A DNA stretch of 64,000 bases from Octopus vulgaris (taxonomy: Eukaryota), in NCBI GenBank assembly GCA_951406725.2, contig OX597818.1, positions 50,716,001 to 50,780,000 on the forward strand. Reading direction: 5' to 3'. Within the stretch, counting starts at the first letter, position 1, and each line of letters begins with the position of its first letter. Positions 39,924-53,483 of the stretch are shown one piece after another. Position numbers and translations under genes: made by a program. The notes beneath the pieces are model-generated. The model did no database searches. It was given only the letters and a program-made list of their open reading frames with translations, and was not told the origin of the DNA.

Positions 39924-40049
39924 ATGTGTGTGTGTGTGTTTGTGTGCTTGTGCGTCTGTGTGTATTTGCGTACTTGTGCGTCTGTGTGCGTTTGTGTGTG
40001 TGTGTGCGTGTGTGTCTGTGTATGTGTGTTTCTATCAGTGAAATCTACA

Positions 40050-40266
40050 CATAATTGCCAATAAAACTAGTGCACCGAACAAAGGTATCCTGGTGACCTT
40101 ATTATATTGATTTGCATAGAGATTCCCTTCTCACTGTCATCATCTGAAATGCAGTGATTGGCTGATCTGAGACTTACGTTAAACGACGTTACTTCACACG
40201 AAATGCACGATGCATATTGATTTCTTATATAAACGCAAGATTAATAAATTTGTGGAGAAGCAATTG
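40050..40266 (+). repeat. Dispersed direct repeat; second copy at 41722-41916
   Basis: Closely similar copies; the second lacks 22 bp between acc microhomologies. Confidence 0.85.
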
Positions 40267-40435
40267 TTGATATTATCGGCTCTAATATTTAATTATACTT
40301 GTTTTAGCGATCTCTTAAGATAGCAAAATCATCCTCAGCAGGAGTTGAAGTTCTGCGAAATAATTTAGTCGCCATTCAAACGATTTTGCCAATAAAGAAT
40401 AGAATATAAATGTTAAGAAATAAAATAAAGAAGCG

Positions 40436-40735
40436 GGGAGGAGGAAGAGGAGGAGGAGGAGGAGGAAGAGGAGGAGAAGAAGAAGAAGAAGAAGAAGAAG
40501 AAGAAGAAAAACAACAACAACAACAAGGATGATGATGAAGATGAGAAGAAGAAGAAGAAGAAGAAGAAGAAGAAGAAGAAGAAGATGAAGAAAAAGAAGA
40601 AGAAGAAGAAGAAGAAGAAGATGAAGAAGAAGAAGAAGAAGAAGAAGAAGAAGAAGAAGAAGAAGAAGAAGAAGAAGAAGAAGAAGAAGAAGAAGAAGAA
40701 GAAGAAGAAGAAGAAGAAGAAGAAGAAGAAGAAGA
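40436..40735. repeat. (GAA)n/(GGA)n polypurine microsatellite
   Basis: ~300 bp of trinucleotide repeats. Confidence 0.95.
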
Positions 40736-43482
40736 GTCAAATTTATAACCGATTTGTAACACTGGGTGCAAACTACTTTTCACGGCAAAAAAAAAAGTGT
40801 AATATAAAGAAATTGGTGTAGCTGAAAGGGTTAAATCTGCGGAAGATGGGCTAAATTGCAACAGGTCCCATCTACATCACAAGAAGTCTCTCAAAGACAT
40901 GGAATGTCCGACAGAAAAAGACGCGATGAAATATCTTTATTGTATTATGCTGCATCAATTCTTCCCAAAATACCATAGAATCCTTTCTTGCATTATTATC
41001 CAAGATTTAAACCACACTTTATGGAGTAAAACAGAAGAAATATATTAAACCAAATTATATTAACAAATAAATGAATGAAAAAAAAACAAATGAATCGACG
41101 AAAATAATTCAGATATATCTGAGGTATTAGACACCAAACATGAATTACACCAGAAATTGCTCATTTCTAATTTATCCAGAAAACTTTGAAGGCGAAGAAT
41201 TGTTGATGCGCCATAAATCAGGCTTTACAGAGAGAATTGACATCAGAGAGGAAACGTGTTAATTGGAAGTATTCAACTGGCCTTTAACAAACATTAAAAA
41301 AAACCTTTTAAACAGTGTAGATTTTGTTAAATAGGTATTTGATCCTGGTCAGTCAACTACTTCTTCTCTCCGTTCCAAAGATAGATCCACTTTGATCAAT
41401 GATACGAAAGATTTTCTGAAGCAACGGGTAAAGCATATTACATATTCTTTTTCTTTCATTTTTTATCTCAGTCCGTCCAAAACAGATGAGAATGTTTATG
41501 GAAGACCTGCCGCAGCACAGTATTATAAAATAAATGGCCAGTAATCATAGCACAAAAATCAAAATTGCCATTAAACAGTCGAACGAAAAGATATCACACC
41601 AACTGAGAGGTTATTAGAAATGGTGAGGTTGATTTTGTGATCACAATGTTTACCAACGTGTAGTTTGTTCTCCATTTCTACAAGATTGCAGAGCTGTAGT
41701 TCTGAGCGATGGAAAAAGTGTCATAATTGCTAATAAAACTAGTGCACCTTATTATACCGATTTGCATAGAGATTCCCTTGTCACTGTCATAATCTGAAAT
41801 GCAGCAATTGGCTGATCTGAGACTCACATTAAACGACGTTGCTTCACACGAAATGCACGATGCATATTGATTTCTTTTATAAACACAAGATTAATAAATT
41901 TGTGGAGAAATAATTGCTTAATAACTGTAGTAGCACACATGGTATTTCCTTACTTGTAATTTATGGTATGATATTCACCAAACTTCCCTGAATCATCTGC
42001 AGTTATACATATTCTCTGTCATTGTCCCAGAGTCTAAATGCGGGTACAGGTCAGGCACCGCACATCTTTAGCGTCAGACTGTTGAAAAAGAAGTGCATAA
42101 AATAGGAATTCCTCCTTTACTAAGCTTTTATTGATCAACGAATGATTTTGACATAGGATTGACATAAAAATCAATTGCGGAGAGTTTAGGTACTCACCTA
42201 TATTTCCTTGTTCCTATGTCCAAATACGCACCTCCATCAAGGCCTACTTTATCTCAGAATGTGCTCCACCAGAACCGAGTCTTGTGAACAATTGTATTAA
42301 AGGAGAGGATAGATTTGCGCTAACTTTAGTCTCCATATGCTTTGGAGTCATGATTGTTCATGAATTTCATAACTGTGATGTCGTCATCTATGTTCGCTAT
42401 CACACAGCAGGTAAACAGTTGGATCTGAATAGTTTAGAGCTCTAGTTCACATTTAGCTGTACTCCGATGATTGCAACTTTGTGGCACACTCGGAGTAAGA
42501 CAGCAAGATATTCAGAATATATCCAGTGCCTACCTTTGAGCTTACAATAAGTACCATAAGCCTGAAGAAACTTACTTCTGTGAAAAGAGTAGTGTAGCAC
42601 CCATGGTTCTTTTCAGAGCGTCAAAGATAGGTGAGATGAGGGAGGAAGTTATCTTCAGTCCGGAGACCTGATCTGAATGCTTGCAACAGAGCTGACTCCA
42701 CTAAATACCTTAAAGAATATATGGTGGTGTTACACTGGATGATGAAGTCCGCCACAGAAGGTCAGGATCAGTTCTACCGACAATCTTCTATACAGTTTCC
42801 ATCTACCAAATTTCATTCATAAGGCTTTTATGAAAATTATAGAAGATACTTTCCCAAGTGGTTGTTTTCTAATGGGTTACTAGATTTTTAAGCATTGTTG
42901 TTCCTATTATTATTTAGCTATCTTAGCTTCAGCAAGCGGTCGAATCCAAGTCACGGTATGGCTCTATGTTAAGGGTAACAATGTTGACCGTTCATTATTT
43001 GCTTGACTGGTTGTTTTATCATATCAAGTTTAAAACCAGATTGGTCTACATTCAAATTACAGATCTTTTGACTATATTACTCTTGTAAAAAAAAAAAAAC
43101 TGTTTTGAATTTATTCAAAGGAAATAGTGAACTATCTCTCATGTATTATATTCTGTAAGGAAATATATTTCCCGACTTCATTACAAAAATATCTACTTAT
43201 ATTAAAACCTCAGATGACTAAGGAGGCCTGAGAAACTAGATTATATTTGGTCAATGACTAAGTCACCTTAATCTAATGACCTTCTACATTTTCTGTAATA
43301 TGTATATCATTCACCGTTGTAAGCAGAAGTAGCACTGCAAAACTGACTTTTGTTTCTTCGGTTTAGTGTGTTGTCTGCAACACTTTAAATGGGTGTGGTC
43401 AAAAGAAGGGGCTGGCTTCTGCTGACCTCATCACTGAAACAATGACTGATTGATACTCTTAGTTTAGATACTTCTGATTAAA

Positions 43483-43699
43483 AGAATGGTTGTATACTGT
43501 AAATCTAACACGAACGTGACAGTAGTGGTGTACACCACCGCTGTTTAGCCCTAGGAGGCGTCGATGCTTCCTAGGGCTAAACAGCGGTGGTGTACACCAC
43601 TACTGTCACGTTCGTGTTAGATTTACAGTATACAACCATTCTATCGCCCCACCACCGTACATGTCTCTACGAGAGATTTAGAAATTTAGTATTTCTGAC
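43483..43699. mobile_element. 160-bp spacer-less palindrome plus 57-bp tail, flanked by a 13-bp direct repeat
   Basis: Palindrome 43483-43642 centred at 43562/43563; tctgattaaaaga at 43473-43485 and 43700-43712. Confidence 0.8.
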
Positions 43700-44599
43700 T
43701 CTGATTAAAAGATATCAAGCAATTATTCTGTTCGTCTAATAACAGGTAGGTAGGGTCAGAAGAATTTAACTATATCTGTCGTATCATTTCGTCGGTGGCG
43801 AGTTTTGGTGTTAGCACTGCATGCAACCAAAACTACTCTCAGGTTATAACTTAGTGACGCAACACACTCGGTTCAGTTTCATATTATATGTATCCCAAAT
43901 ATTACGTAGATCAGGCCATGTTTAAAGTCTTACTCCGAGTATAGAAACGACAATTTTATTTAGCCTAGAGACAGATATTTAATATATTCAGTTATTGATT
44001 CGATTCTGGATTTGTTTACGCTTTCAGTATGAAGTACATCGGACACTTGTGGAGCCTGTTAGAAGCCATATACTCTGTAACAGGTAGTAGACTGGATAGT
44101 ATATTTTACCTGTTGATATTGCAGACGGAGTAGTTTAAGTCATATGACGTACCTCTTGATAATATAAACATGATCACGAGGTAGTGAGGTAGCATAGACA
44201 TGATCGTTATTTAACCTGATAGTAACAGCAGCCGCATCTCCCTCAAATTACACGCTACTATCTTTAATTAGAAAAAAAGACACTTTGTAATCACAGATAA
44301 ACCTATACAACAAACTCAAGACATAGACCTACGTAAGACATGACAGTCGCGGTTAGAATGTTATTTTTAAAGATTGATATACCTGATAAGAAATCACCTG
44401 GGCTTAAATTATAACAACAAACACGATCAACCTAAGTTTCTACAGAAGTTTAATCTACGTTTTGTGATTTCTCGTTTTCTTTTTGTTTCCAGTAAAGACA
44501 CTTTAAATAAACCTTTAAAACTGTCCCAAAAGTCTGTATGTTGTGCACTGATGATCTTAGTAAGGTTTACTCATTTTTCCCTCTGAAACCTCCGTCAAA

Positions 44600-45897
44600 T
44601 TCAGCTTAGTTTCACACTCTGATATTATTCACCTTTGTTGACGTTCATCATTTTTTTTCTTTTTCTGCTTTCACGTGCTTTCGTTTTCTGTTTATGTTTC
44701 TTTCTTTGACTCTGAACCGATTTCCCCCCCCCCCCTGCTACATGCCACAAAGACAGTAGCAGTTACTGTTTGTCGAATATCTTACTACTTCAACTACTAC
44801 TTCTACCTCTACTACTGTAGTTAACCGAATGCTATCTATACCATTAACAGCCAACTGATTGAACAGGCAGGCATTCTGCTGCTGCTGCCGCTGCCGCTAC
44901 AACAGCTGTTGCTGTTCTGTTGCTGTTTGCTTGCTGCTACTACTGCTGCTGCAGCGGGCGAATAAATCCATTCACAAAAGGTTCACTATAGCAGTGGCAG
45001 GACTGTTGCTGCCGTAAACTTGCTGTCGAATAGGAAAAGTTGAAAGCGTATATTGAGTTTTAGAACAGAGCGACAACATTTAAGATTCCTGCATATATTA
45101 GTACACTAGTAGAATATATAGTCATATTATAGGGGAAAAAAAACACCAGATAAAAAGACAGAAGGGAAAGGTGAAGAAAGAATTGAGGTGGGATTTTCTT
45201 CTTCCCCAATATTACACGATTTTATATCTTCATGAAAAATGTAATCAAACATTGGTTCTAATAAGTGTGATATATCAAAATATTTCATTAGCGCTCCAGT
45301 CAGTCGATAGTTTTTTTAAGCAAAATCACGTAAAATGTAATGCTTAATTTTTTTTTTTCTCTGAGAACTCTGCAAAAAAATACATTGGATTAATTACTAT
45401 TTTGAATGAAAACCTTAGCGGTACTGCTAAAACTCTAATTTTGACCAACTAAATTTAACATTACTGCGAAAGCGCTCCACGACGTTGATTAAAAGAAATA
45501 AACGAATCAATCAATAAAAATTTATTAGATTCAGTAGCAAAAGTCATAAGATCTATGGACCACACGTACCGATAAATGCATTGATAAGTATAGACATTTG
45601 ACAGACGCGCAGAGGCACCACCGCGCATATAATCATAGAGAAAACGGACGCAGTCTCATGCATAAGGATTTACATGAGCGCTCATACATATAGAGATAAC
45701 AACAGAAGAAATCTATATATGTTATAAAGCGCTGGTGATACACGGACACAATTACGCAAGCGCACACAACTAACTGTTGAATGTTCTGCTCAGGAGATAT
45801 TACAATTGAGAAAGTTGCTTCCCGCCACAGCAAGGCTAGTGATATTTGTTCTACCAGCTTGGTTTTTTTTTATTGATGTGCATAAAAAGGAGAGACG
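44600..45897 (+). promoter_or_regulatory. Putative promoter / long 5'UTR of a host gene
   Basis: ~1.3-kb island with no recognisable TE or long microsatellite; short CTG/CTA runs; more CpG; lies directly upstream of an ATG micro-exon. Confidence 0.35.
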
Positions 45898-45922
45898 ATG
45901 AGTTCCTCAAACATAACCGCTG
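45898..45922 (+). CDS. Candidate first coding exon (MSSSNITA + phase-1 intron) of an unidentified gene
   Basis: gacgATG AGT TCC TCA AAC ATA ACC GCT G/gtaagt with a consensus splice donor; followed by repeat-rich intron-like DNA; no downstream exon identified. Confidence 0.4.
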
Positions 45923-46034
45923 GTAAGTAACGGTATTTTAATTTATAGCATCGTTAATGAATGCCAATGGAATATGTGTGTGTGTGTATAAATACATATA
46001 TATATACTCATATACATTATGTACATTTATACGC

Positions 46035-46074
<40 letters not shown>

Positions 46075-46154
46075 TTTAAATTTTTTTATTTTATCTAGTT
46101 TCAGCTCACGAGCTGTGGCCATGCGGGGCACCGCCATATATATAATATAATATA

Positions 46155-46216
<62 letters not shown>

Positions 46217-46323
46217 ATAATAGATATAATATAATATAATATAATATAAATATTATATAATATAAATATTATATATATGATATATAATATTATATGATCG
46301 AACACCACGCATCCTTTTCCAAG

Positions 46324-46405
<82 letters not shown>

Positions 46406-46422
46406 ATATATATATTTGTATG

Positions 46423-46454
<32 letters not shown>

Positions 46455-46498
46455 CGTGTGGGGGAGGGTGTATGATTAAATGCATGCAGGTGCGCGTT

Positions 46499-46542
<44 letters not shown>

Positions 46543-47504
46543 CGTGTGTGTGTGTGTGTGTGAGTGTGTGTATGTGTGTGCGCGCATTTATACAACTGCT
46601 AGAGTACATCTCATTCATTATTTGAGAATATTCTGAAGAGAAACAGTTCTGAAACTTCAACAAAAAAATATTTCTGTTGGTTATTTTTTTTTTCAAAACG
46701 AACGTGTGTGAGTGTGTTTGTGTGTGTGTGCATGTGTGTGTATGTTTGTATATGTGTGTATATGTATATGTATATGTATGTATAGGTACTTGTATGTACC
46801 TATACATTGAAATATGTATACGCATATACGTGCGTATACATATACACACACACGCGCACTGACAGACACACACACACATAGACATGCGAACACACACACA
46901 CACGCACACACACACACGCACATAGACATGCAAACACACATACGCAATCCTCGTGTGTTTCGATGATGTGAAAATAGAAATGTTTTGACAATCCATCTTG
47001 CTCTTCTTTTTGTTGCGCTCGCGCGCGTGTGTGTGTACATATGTGTGTGTGTGTGTGTGTGTGTTTGTGTGTGTGTGTGAATGTACGTGTATGCTTGTAT
47101 GTGTCCGTGTGTTCGTATATATACGTGTATATGTGTGTCTGTATACGCTTCTGTGCCTTTATGCGCCTATTCCATGCACGTCTGTATGTGTCTGTGCGCT
47201 TGAGTCTCAACATATTTTTGAATACCGAATGCATGTGTGTCTGCCTTTACACTTTATTCTCTCTATATTCATCAACGTACATCTGAATATATCTTTGTGT
47301 TTAAATGATGCTCGCTATAACGAAGCTTAACGAAGAGGATTGTTGTCGGGGTATTTGGCAGTGAAACGGAATGGCAGATGGCTGCTGACTTTACAATAAA
47401 TATGTTGTCATGGTGGAAAGATATTTTGGTCAATCTGGTGTCGTGTCGTGTCATACTAAAGTTGTGTTTTGGTCATTCTAAATAACTCTGACATAGAGGA
47501 AAAC

Positions 47505-47568
47505 AATGAAAATAATAGCAGTGGCGGCGGCGGTGGTGGCGGTGGTGGTGGTGGTGGTGGTGGTAGTA

Positions 47569-47631
<63 letters not shown>

Positions 47632-47886
47632 ATGAAGATGATGATGATGATGATTATGATGAGGATGATGATGACGACGATGACAGCCACAATGACAACA
47701 TCAACAACAATAGCAATGATAATAATAATCCTTTCTACTAAAGGCACAAGGTCTGAAATTTGTGGAGAGGGGGGGTCTAGTCCATTGCATCGAGCCCAGT
47801 GTTTCACTGGTACTTAATTCATCGACCCCGCCCCCTCCAAAAGTATGAAATGCAAAGTCGACCTCGGCGGAATTTGAACCCAGAAC

Positions 47887-47960
<74 letters not shown>

Positions 47961-47997
47961 TTGCTTTTGCTGTTGTTGTTGTTGTTGTTGTTGATGT

Positions 47998-48033
<36 letters not shown>

Positions 48034-48305
48034 CGACGACGACGACGATGGTGATGATGATGATGGTAGTGGTGGTGATGGTGGTGTGGTGGGAGTGATG
48101 ATGACGACGAAGACGACGATGATGACAATGACGACGACAACGACGACGACGACGATGATGAGGAGGATGATGATGAGGAGGAGGAGGAGGAGGAGGAGGG
48201 TGACAACGACGAGGGCGGCGACGATGATGTTTCATCTCAGGATATGATAATGATGATTAATATGACGTTGATGACGACGATTGTGATGACGATGACGACG
48301 TTGAT
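47505..48305. repeat. Compound trinucleotide microsatellites (GGT, AGT, GAT, AAT, GTT, GAC, GAG) around a SINE fragment at 47735-47887
   Basis: Direct reading. Confidence 0.9.
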
Positions 48306-48884
48306 TTCATCCTAGGATATCTCTGATTGTGTTCACCTATGTTTAAGGCATTCCACTTACGACCATCCTGTCTACTAGAATTATCCCTCGCACTACATTC
48401 TTTGTGTACTTTAGTGTCTCAAAACGATAAGGACATTTGAGGGATATTTGGCTACGATTTCAGACATGCTTATGGGCTGCTTACCCCCCCCCCCAGTTAA
48501 TCCCAATGAAAGGTTTAACATGGAGATGGGATGACGCTTTGACTATTTTGGGCGATTGACTTCAGTGAGTCGTAATTTGGCCATAATGCACTGTTAACTG
48601 ATGAGACATATGCAGATGGGCACAGACGGAGAATGTTGTGTTGGTCATGTTGGAATGTCAGGACGGGAGCAAAAGTATGGGACGAGGGGAAGAGTTGGGT
48701 CACACTGGAACATCAATGCAAGGGGAAAAGTGGTGACACTGGCAAAGAGATGGTTAAAAGAAGGAACGGAGATACTAGATAACTTGTGGTAGAGAATATG
48801 TTGGGTGGACGCACTTAGCGGGATTAGTATTATGGGAAAATAACAGAGGAGGATGAAGGAGTCGGGAATGGAGGAGAGTTAATA

Positions 48885-49270
48885 GTTTCTACTGTAGGCA
48901 CAAGGCGCGAAATTTTTGGGGAAGGGGGCAGTCGATTAGATCGTCCCCAGTACGCAACTGGTACTTAATTTATTGCACCTGAAAGGCAAAGTCGACCTCG
49001 GCGGAATTTGAACTCAGAACGTAGCGGCAGACGAAATACCTATTTCTTTACTACCCACAAGGGGCTAAACACAGAGAGGAAAAACAAGGACAGACACAGG
49101 GATTAAGTCGATTACATCAACCCCAGTGTGTAACTGGTACTTAATTTATCGACCCCGAAAGGATGAAAGGCAAAGCCGACCTCGGCGGAATTTGACCTCA
49201 GAATGTAACGGCAAACGAAATACGGCTACGCATTTTGCCCGGCGTGCTAACGTTTCTGCCAGCTCGCCAC
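48885..49270 (-). mobile_element. SINE family A (tandem body)
   Basis: Reverse complement of the 11458-type element. Confidence 0.85.
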
Positions 49271-49306
49271 CTAATAATAATGATAATAATAATGATAATA
49301 ATAATG

Positions 49307-49376
<70 letters not shown>

Positions 49377-49845
49377 GTATAAAAGATGGGCTACAGCAAA
49401 TATTCTGCTCAATACCACAGATTTGCTTGTCAGTTGTTTGACCTTAACCAGTTGAGCATGTCCCTTAGTGGCTGACGATATGTGCATCTCTGATCACGAG
49501 CAGAAGTAGTGGGGGAGCATCATAGCCATGTGTTGAGAAGGATTCTTTGGGGTTTGAATAATTCACCTCTGGAAACATGGGTGTTTCGTTCAACGTCCTT
49601 AAACAACCCTTATTCAGGGACCTTTTGAGCGGGATGGGTTACTCGATCTGAAGAAAATTCTAACTGGGCTCCACCTGCAAGGTCATGTGCTGTTTATCTT
49701 GATATGAGATCACCATGTCGCACACATATGGTTGTGATGCATGTGCCTGGTGTACCCTTATCAGACGGGTAGTCATGATGGGTATACTGGGCTTCGTATA
49801 TTTTACCCCAGTGTCACTTTGATGGCATGCTCAGCTCGCTCACTC
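49377..49845 (+). mobile_element. Unclassified ~470-bp non-coding insert within (TAA)n
   Basis: Sharp boundaries with (TAA)n on both sides; no coding motif recognised. Confidence 0.55.
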
Positions 49846-49904
<59 letters not shown>

Positions 49905-49905
<1 letters not shown>

Positions 49906-50100
49906 CTTTTTTACTCAAAGCCCGAAATTTGGGGGGAGGGGGCCAGTCGATTAGATCGACCCAGTATGCAACTGGTACTTAATTTATCGACCCCAAAATG
50001 ATGAAAGGCAAAGTCGACCTTGGCAGAGTTTGAACTCAAAACACGAAGACAGACGAAATGCTGCTAAGCATTTTGCCCGACATGGTAACGTTTCTGCCAG
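49905..50100 (-). mobile_element. Diverged SINE family A
   Basis: aaaggcaaagtcgacc...aacgtttctgccag. Confidence 0.75.
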
Positions 50101-50296
50101 TTTCTGAGGAGAGTTAATAGGGTAGCGGAATGCATTGGGGGAATTATAACAGTTAACTCTGATTAAGCAGATCAATAATAAAGGTACCGATTCTGCTCTG
50201 TATTTAGGACTAAATTATCTTGTGCGTCGTTTCTGTTTTATGGCTGTGAAATAACAGAATTGTTAGAGCGTCTCTCAAAATACATTGTCTTTTACC

Positions 50297-50472
50297 GCGG
50301 CCATGATGGGGCATTGCCTTGAAGAATTTTTAGTCAAATGAATCGACTCCAGTACTTACTTATTTTTTAAACCTGGTATTCATTATATCGGTCTCTATTG
50401 ATGAACTGTTAGGTTACAGGGACGTAAATCCACCAACACTGGTTGATAAGCGGTGGTGCGGACAAACAGGCA

Positions 50473-50514
<42 letters not shown>

Positions 50515-50705
50515 GACACACATGTATATAATATATATAAATACATATATATATATATTTCATTACCGGGCTTCTTTCAGTTTCCGTCTACCAAATCCTC
50601 TCACGAGGCTTTGTTTGGCTATAGTAGAAGACATTTGCCCAAGGTGTCACACGGTGGGACTGAACCCAGAACCATGTGGCTGGGAAGTAAACTTCTTACT
50701 ACACA
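50297..50705 (-). mobile_element. SINE family B (older copy)
   Basis: Homology to 24763-25183; internal (CA)n/(TA)n. Confidence 0.75.
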
Positions 50706-51275
50706 GGACTCTGGACATTCTGAGCTCCAATCCATCCCGCCAAATCAAACTTTGTCTTTCATCCTTCCAGAGTCATTAAAACGAAAGTACCAGCCTCCCA
50801 CCCGTACACATCTCTCTCTTTCTAGTCATGGATATTGCATTGGGGCAAGACAGAAGCTCAAGCTGGTGTCTGTGTCTATGTCTGCTCGTGACTACCTGGT
50901 TCCCTAAAAATATTAGTCAAAGGCATGATGCATACTGATGCTAATTCATATTAGATTAACAAGAAACCTTTGTATTTTTCCTACCCTGTTTTTAGAGAAT
51001 AGATTATAATATGGTTCTCCCATCGCTATTTCAAGCACATCGAGCAACAACGGTCGGATAATATGCGGGTAATAATACGTTAGAGGCAGAAAGACACAGG
51101 GTGAAACATTTAATAGGACGTAATATAGGTGACACTCAAACAACCTTACTACTTGGCTGGGTCATACATGCAAAACCTCTGCGTAATCATTCGACATCCT
51201 TAAAGCAACAGGTCAAATCTCTATCAAAGCACAACCTATCAAAGTACACCCTTCTAAAAAATAAAGTGTACATAG

Positions 51276-51440
51276 GCGCAGGAGTGGCTGTGTGGTAAGT
51301 AACTTGCTTACCAACCACGAGGTTATGGGGTTCAATCCCACTGCGTGGCACCTTGGGCAGGTGTCTTCTACTATAGCCTCGTGCCTACCAAACCTTGTGA
51401 GTGGATCTGGTAGACGGAAACTGAAAGAAGCCCCTCGTAA

Positions 51441-51512
<72 letters not shown>

Positions 51513-51543
51513 GTATATGAATATATATATATATATATGTATA

Positions 51544-51598
<55 letters not shown>

Positions 51599-51798
51599 GT
51601 ATGTATATATGCATGTGTGTATATGTTTGTGCGTCTGTGTTTGTCCCCCCAATATCGCTTGACAACCCATGCTAGTGTATATAGCGGTTCGGCAAAAGGG
51701 ACCGATTTAATAAGTCCTGGGGTCGATTTGCTCTACTAAAGGCGGTGCTCCAGCATGGCCCCAGTCAAATGACTGAAACAAGTCAAAGAATAAAAGAA
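51276..51798 (+). mobile_element. SINE family B, full length
   Basis: ggcgcaggagtggctgtgtgg head, ggttcaatccc B box, internal microsatellite. Confidence 0.85.
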
Positions 51799-52775
51799 TT
51801 GGACAATACAGTACAAAACATACTAAAAAGACGAGAGGCTCATGGCTGGAATGTCTTCATCGTAAACAAGAACAATAGAAGTTTGTAACAATTCTATCGA
51901 CTCTGGAAAGATGGAAAGGGTTTGATCTCGAATGTATGGAAGGGATTGGGTCGGAATCAGCGGAAAGAGAAAGGCAGAGGGAGAGAGAGTAAGATATGAA
52001 TGAAAAGCAAAGAGAAAAACAAGGCTATAAGTGCAGTTAGTATTTCAAAAGAAAACGTGGAAACAAAGATATGATGGCATATGTTATTCATAGGCCAGCT
52101 CAGACTGCCTCAGGCTACTTAGCCAAAGTCCAGGCCAAGATATAAAGGACTTATGATCCGAGGATTAACGCTATAATCATCTCGTCTTTTGTTCAAGAAT
52201 ATTGCCCTTGTTTTTTTTTTATTATTGAAAGAGGTCGAAGTGATTTGAGAAAGATTTCGCTACTAATTCTAACAGGTCGACTGGCTTATAGAGCCAGCTT
52301 CGTTGCTTTGGCTGAGAAACGGGTTGGGAATGAGAGAGGGAAGAAGAGAGGAATGAGATAAATAAGGAATGAATGAAGAAAATAGGGAGACAGGGTTCTA
52401 AACGAAGAAACAGAAGATACAGGGAGAGAAGAAAAGAGAGAGTGAGTGGAGAAGAGACAGTGAGAGAGAAAGCCAAGAAAAAAGAGATATAAGAAACAGG
52501 GAGGAAGGAGAAAAAAAACGCAATAAACGAAAAGAAGCATGAAAAGGCAGACATTAAGATGATTTAATAACTACAGAGAACGCTGGAGATATTTCTATGA
52601 ATGAGGATTCGGTGCTCAGATCTGCTTTAGTGTATTTACTTAAAAGTATATTACGTATGTATGACCACGTACGTATATATTTGTGATCTGAAAGCTCCGT
52701 CAAGATGTTTTCACTTCTACCATATTGTTGATATATATATGAGCAATGCCACTACAATCGCTATCTGTCAGTCTG

Positions 52776-52818
<43 letters not shown>

Positions 52819-52819
52819 G

Positions 52820-52868
<49 letters not shown>

Positions 52869-52871
52869 CTG

Positions 52872-52960
<89 letters not shown>

Positions 52961-53483
52961 ATCTATGTGTTCACTTATTTTAAGTCTTTCTAAATACGAT
53001 GAAGTAGTACTGCTGTTAAAAGCTAAGACAGAAACATGTTCGTTGTTTTCACAAGTTGGCTTCAAAGACAAGACCCAATCTTAAATATATATTCATCTTG
53101 TCCAAAAATTTGTATTTAGTTGATATTATTGGAATTATCTTCCTTAACTCCTTAACCCTGATTCAAATTTTCTGACAGATAGATCATGTCTGGGGCGGGG
53201 TATATACATATACATACCCACAGATATAAATATATGCGAGTGTATGTGTGTGTGTATAAAATATATACGCACAAACACACACACGCACAAATACACACAC
53301 ACACACACATATTTAATAGCAGTTTGATTTAATACCACATTACTTAAAAGTTCGCGGAAGCTGAGTTAAACAGTTATCAAATACAAGCAACTGTAATTTT
53401 CTATAGAATCGGATTGATCCGTACTTTGTGAGTGAAAACTGAGTTGATGGAAACTGCGTAGAAAGCCGTCGGGTGGATTGTGG

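Noticed and set aside
41950-42500. Possible L1/Tx1 RT remnant (minus-strand NIDDDITV)
   Set aside because: Too degenerate to support beyond one weak motif
43550-43575. Idea that the two central palindrome mismatches are fossil A-to-I edits
   Set aside because: Equally explained by C-to-T deamination on the other arm (one is at a CpG); two sites are uninformative
47469-47741. Gly/Ser/Asp-rich ORF resembling a low-complexity protein exon
   Set aside because: Compound trinucleotide repeat adjoining a SINE; no supported splice sites
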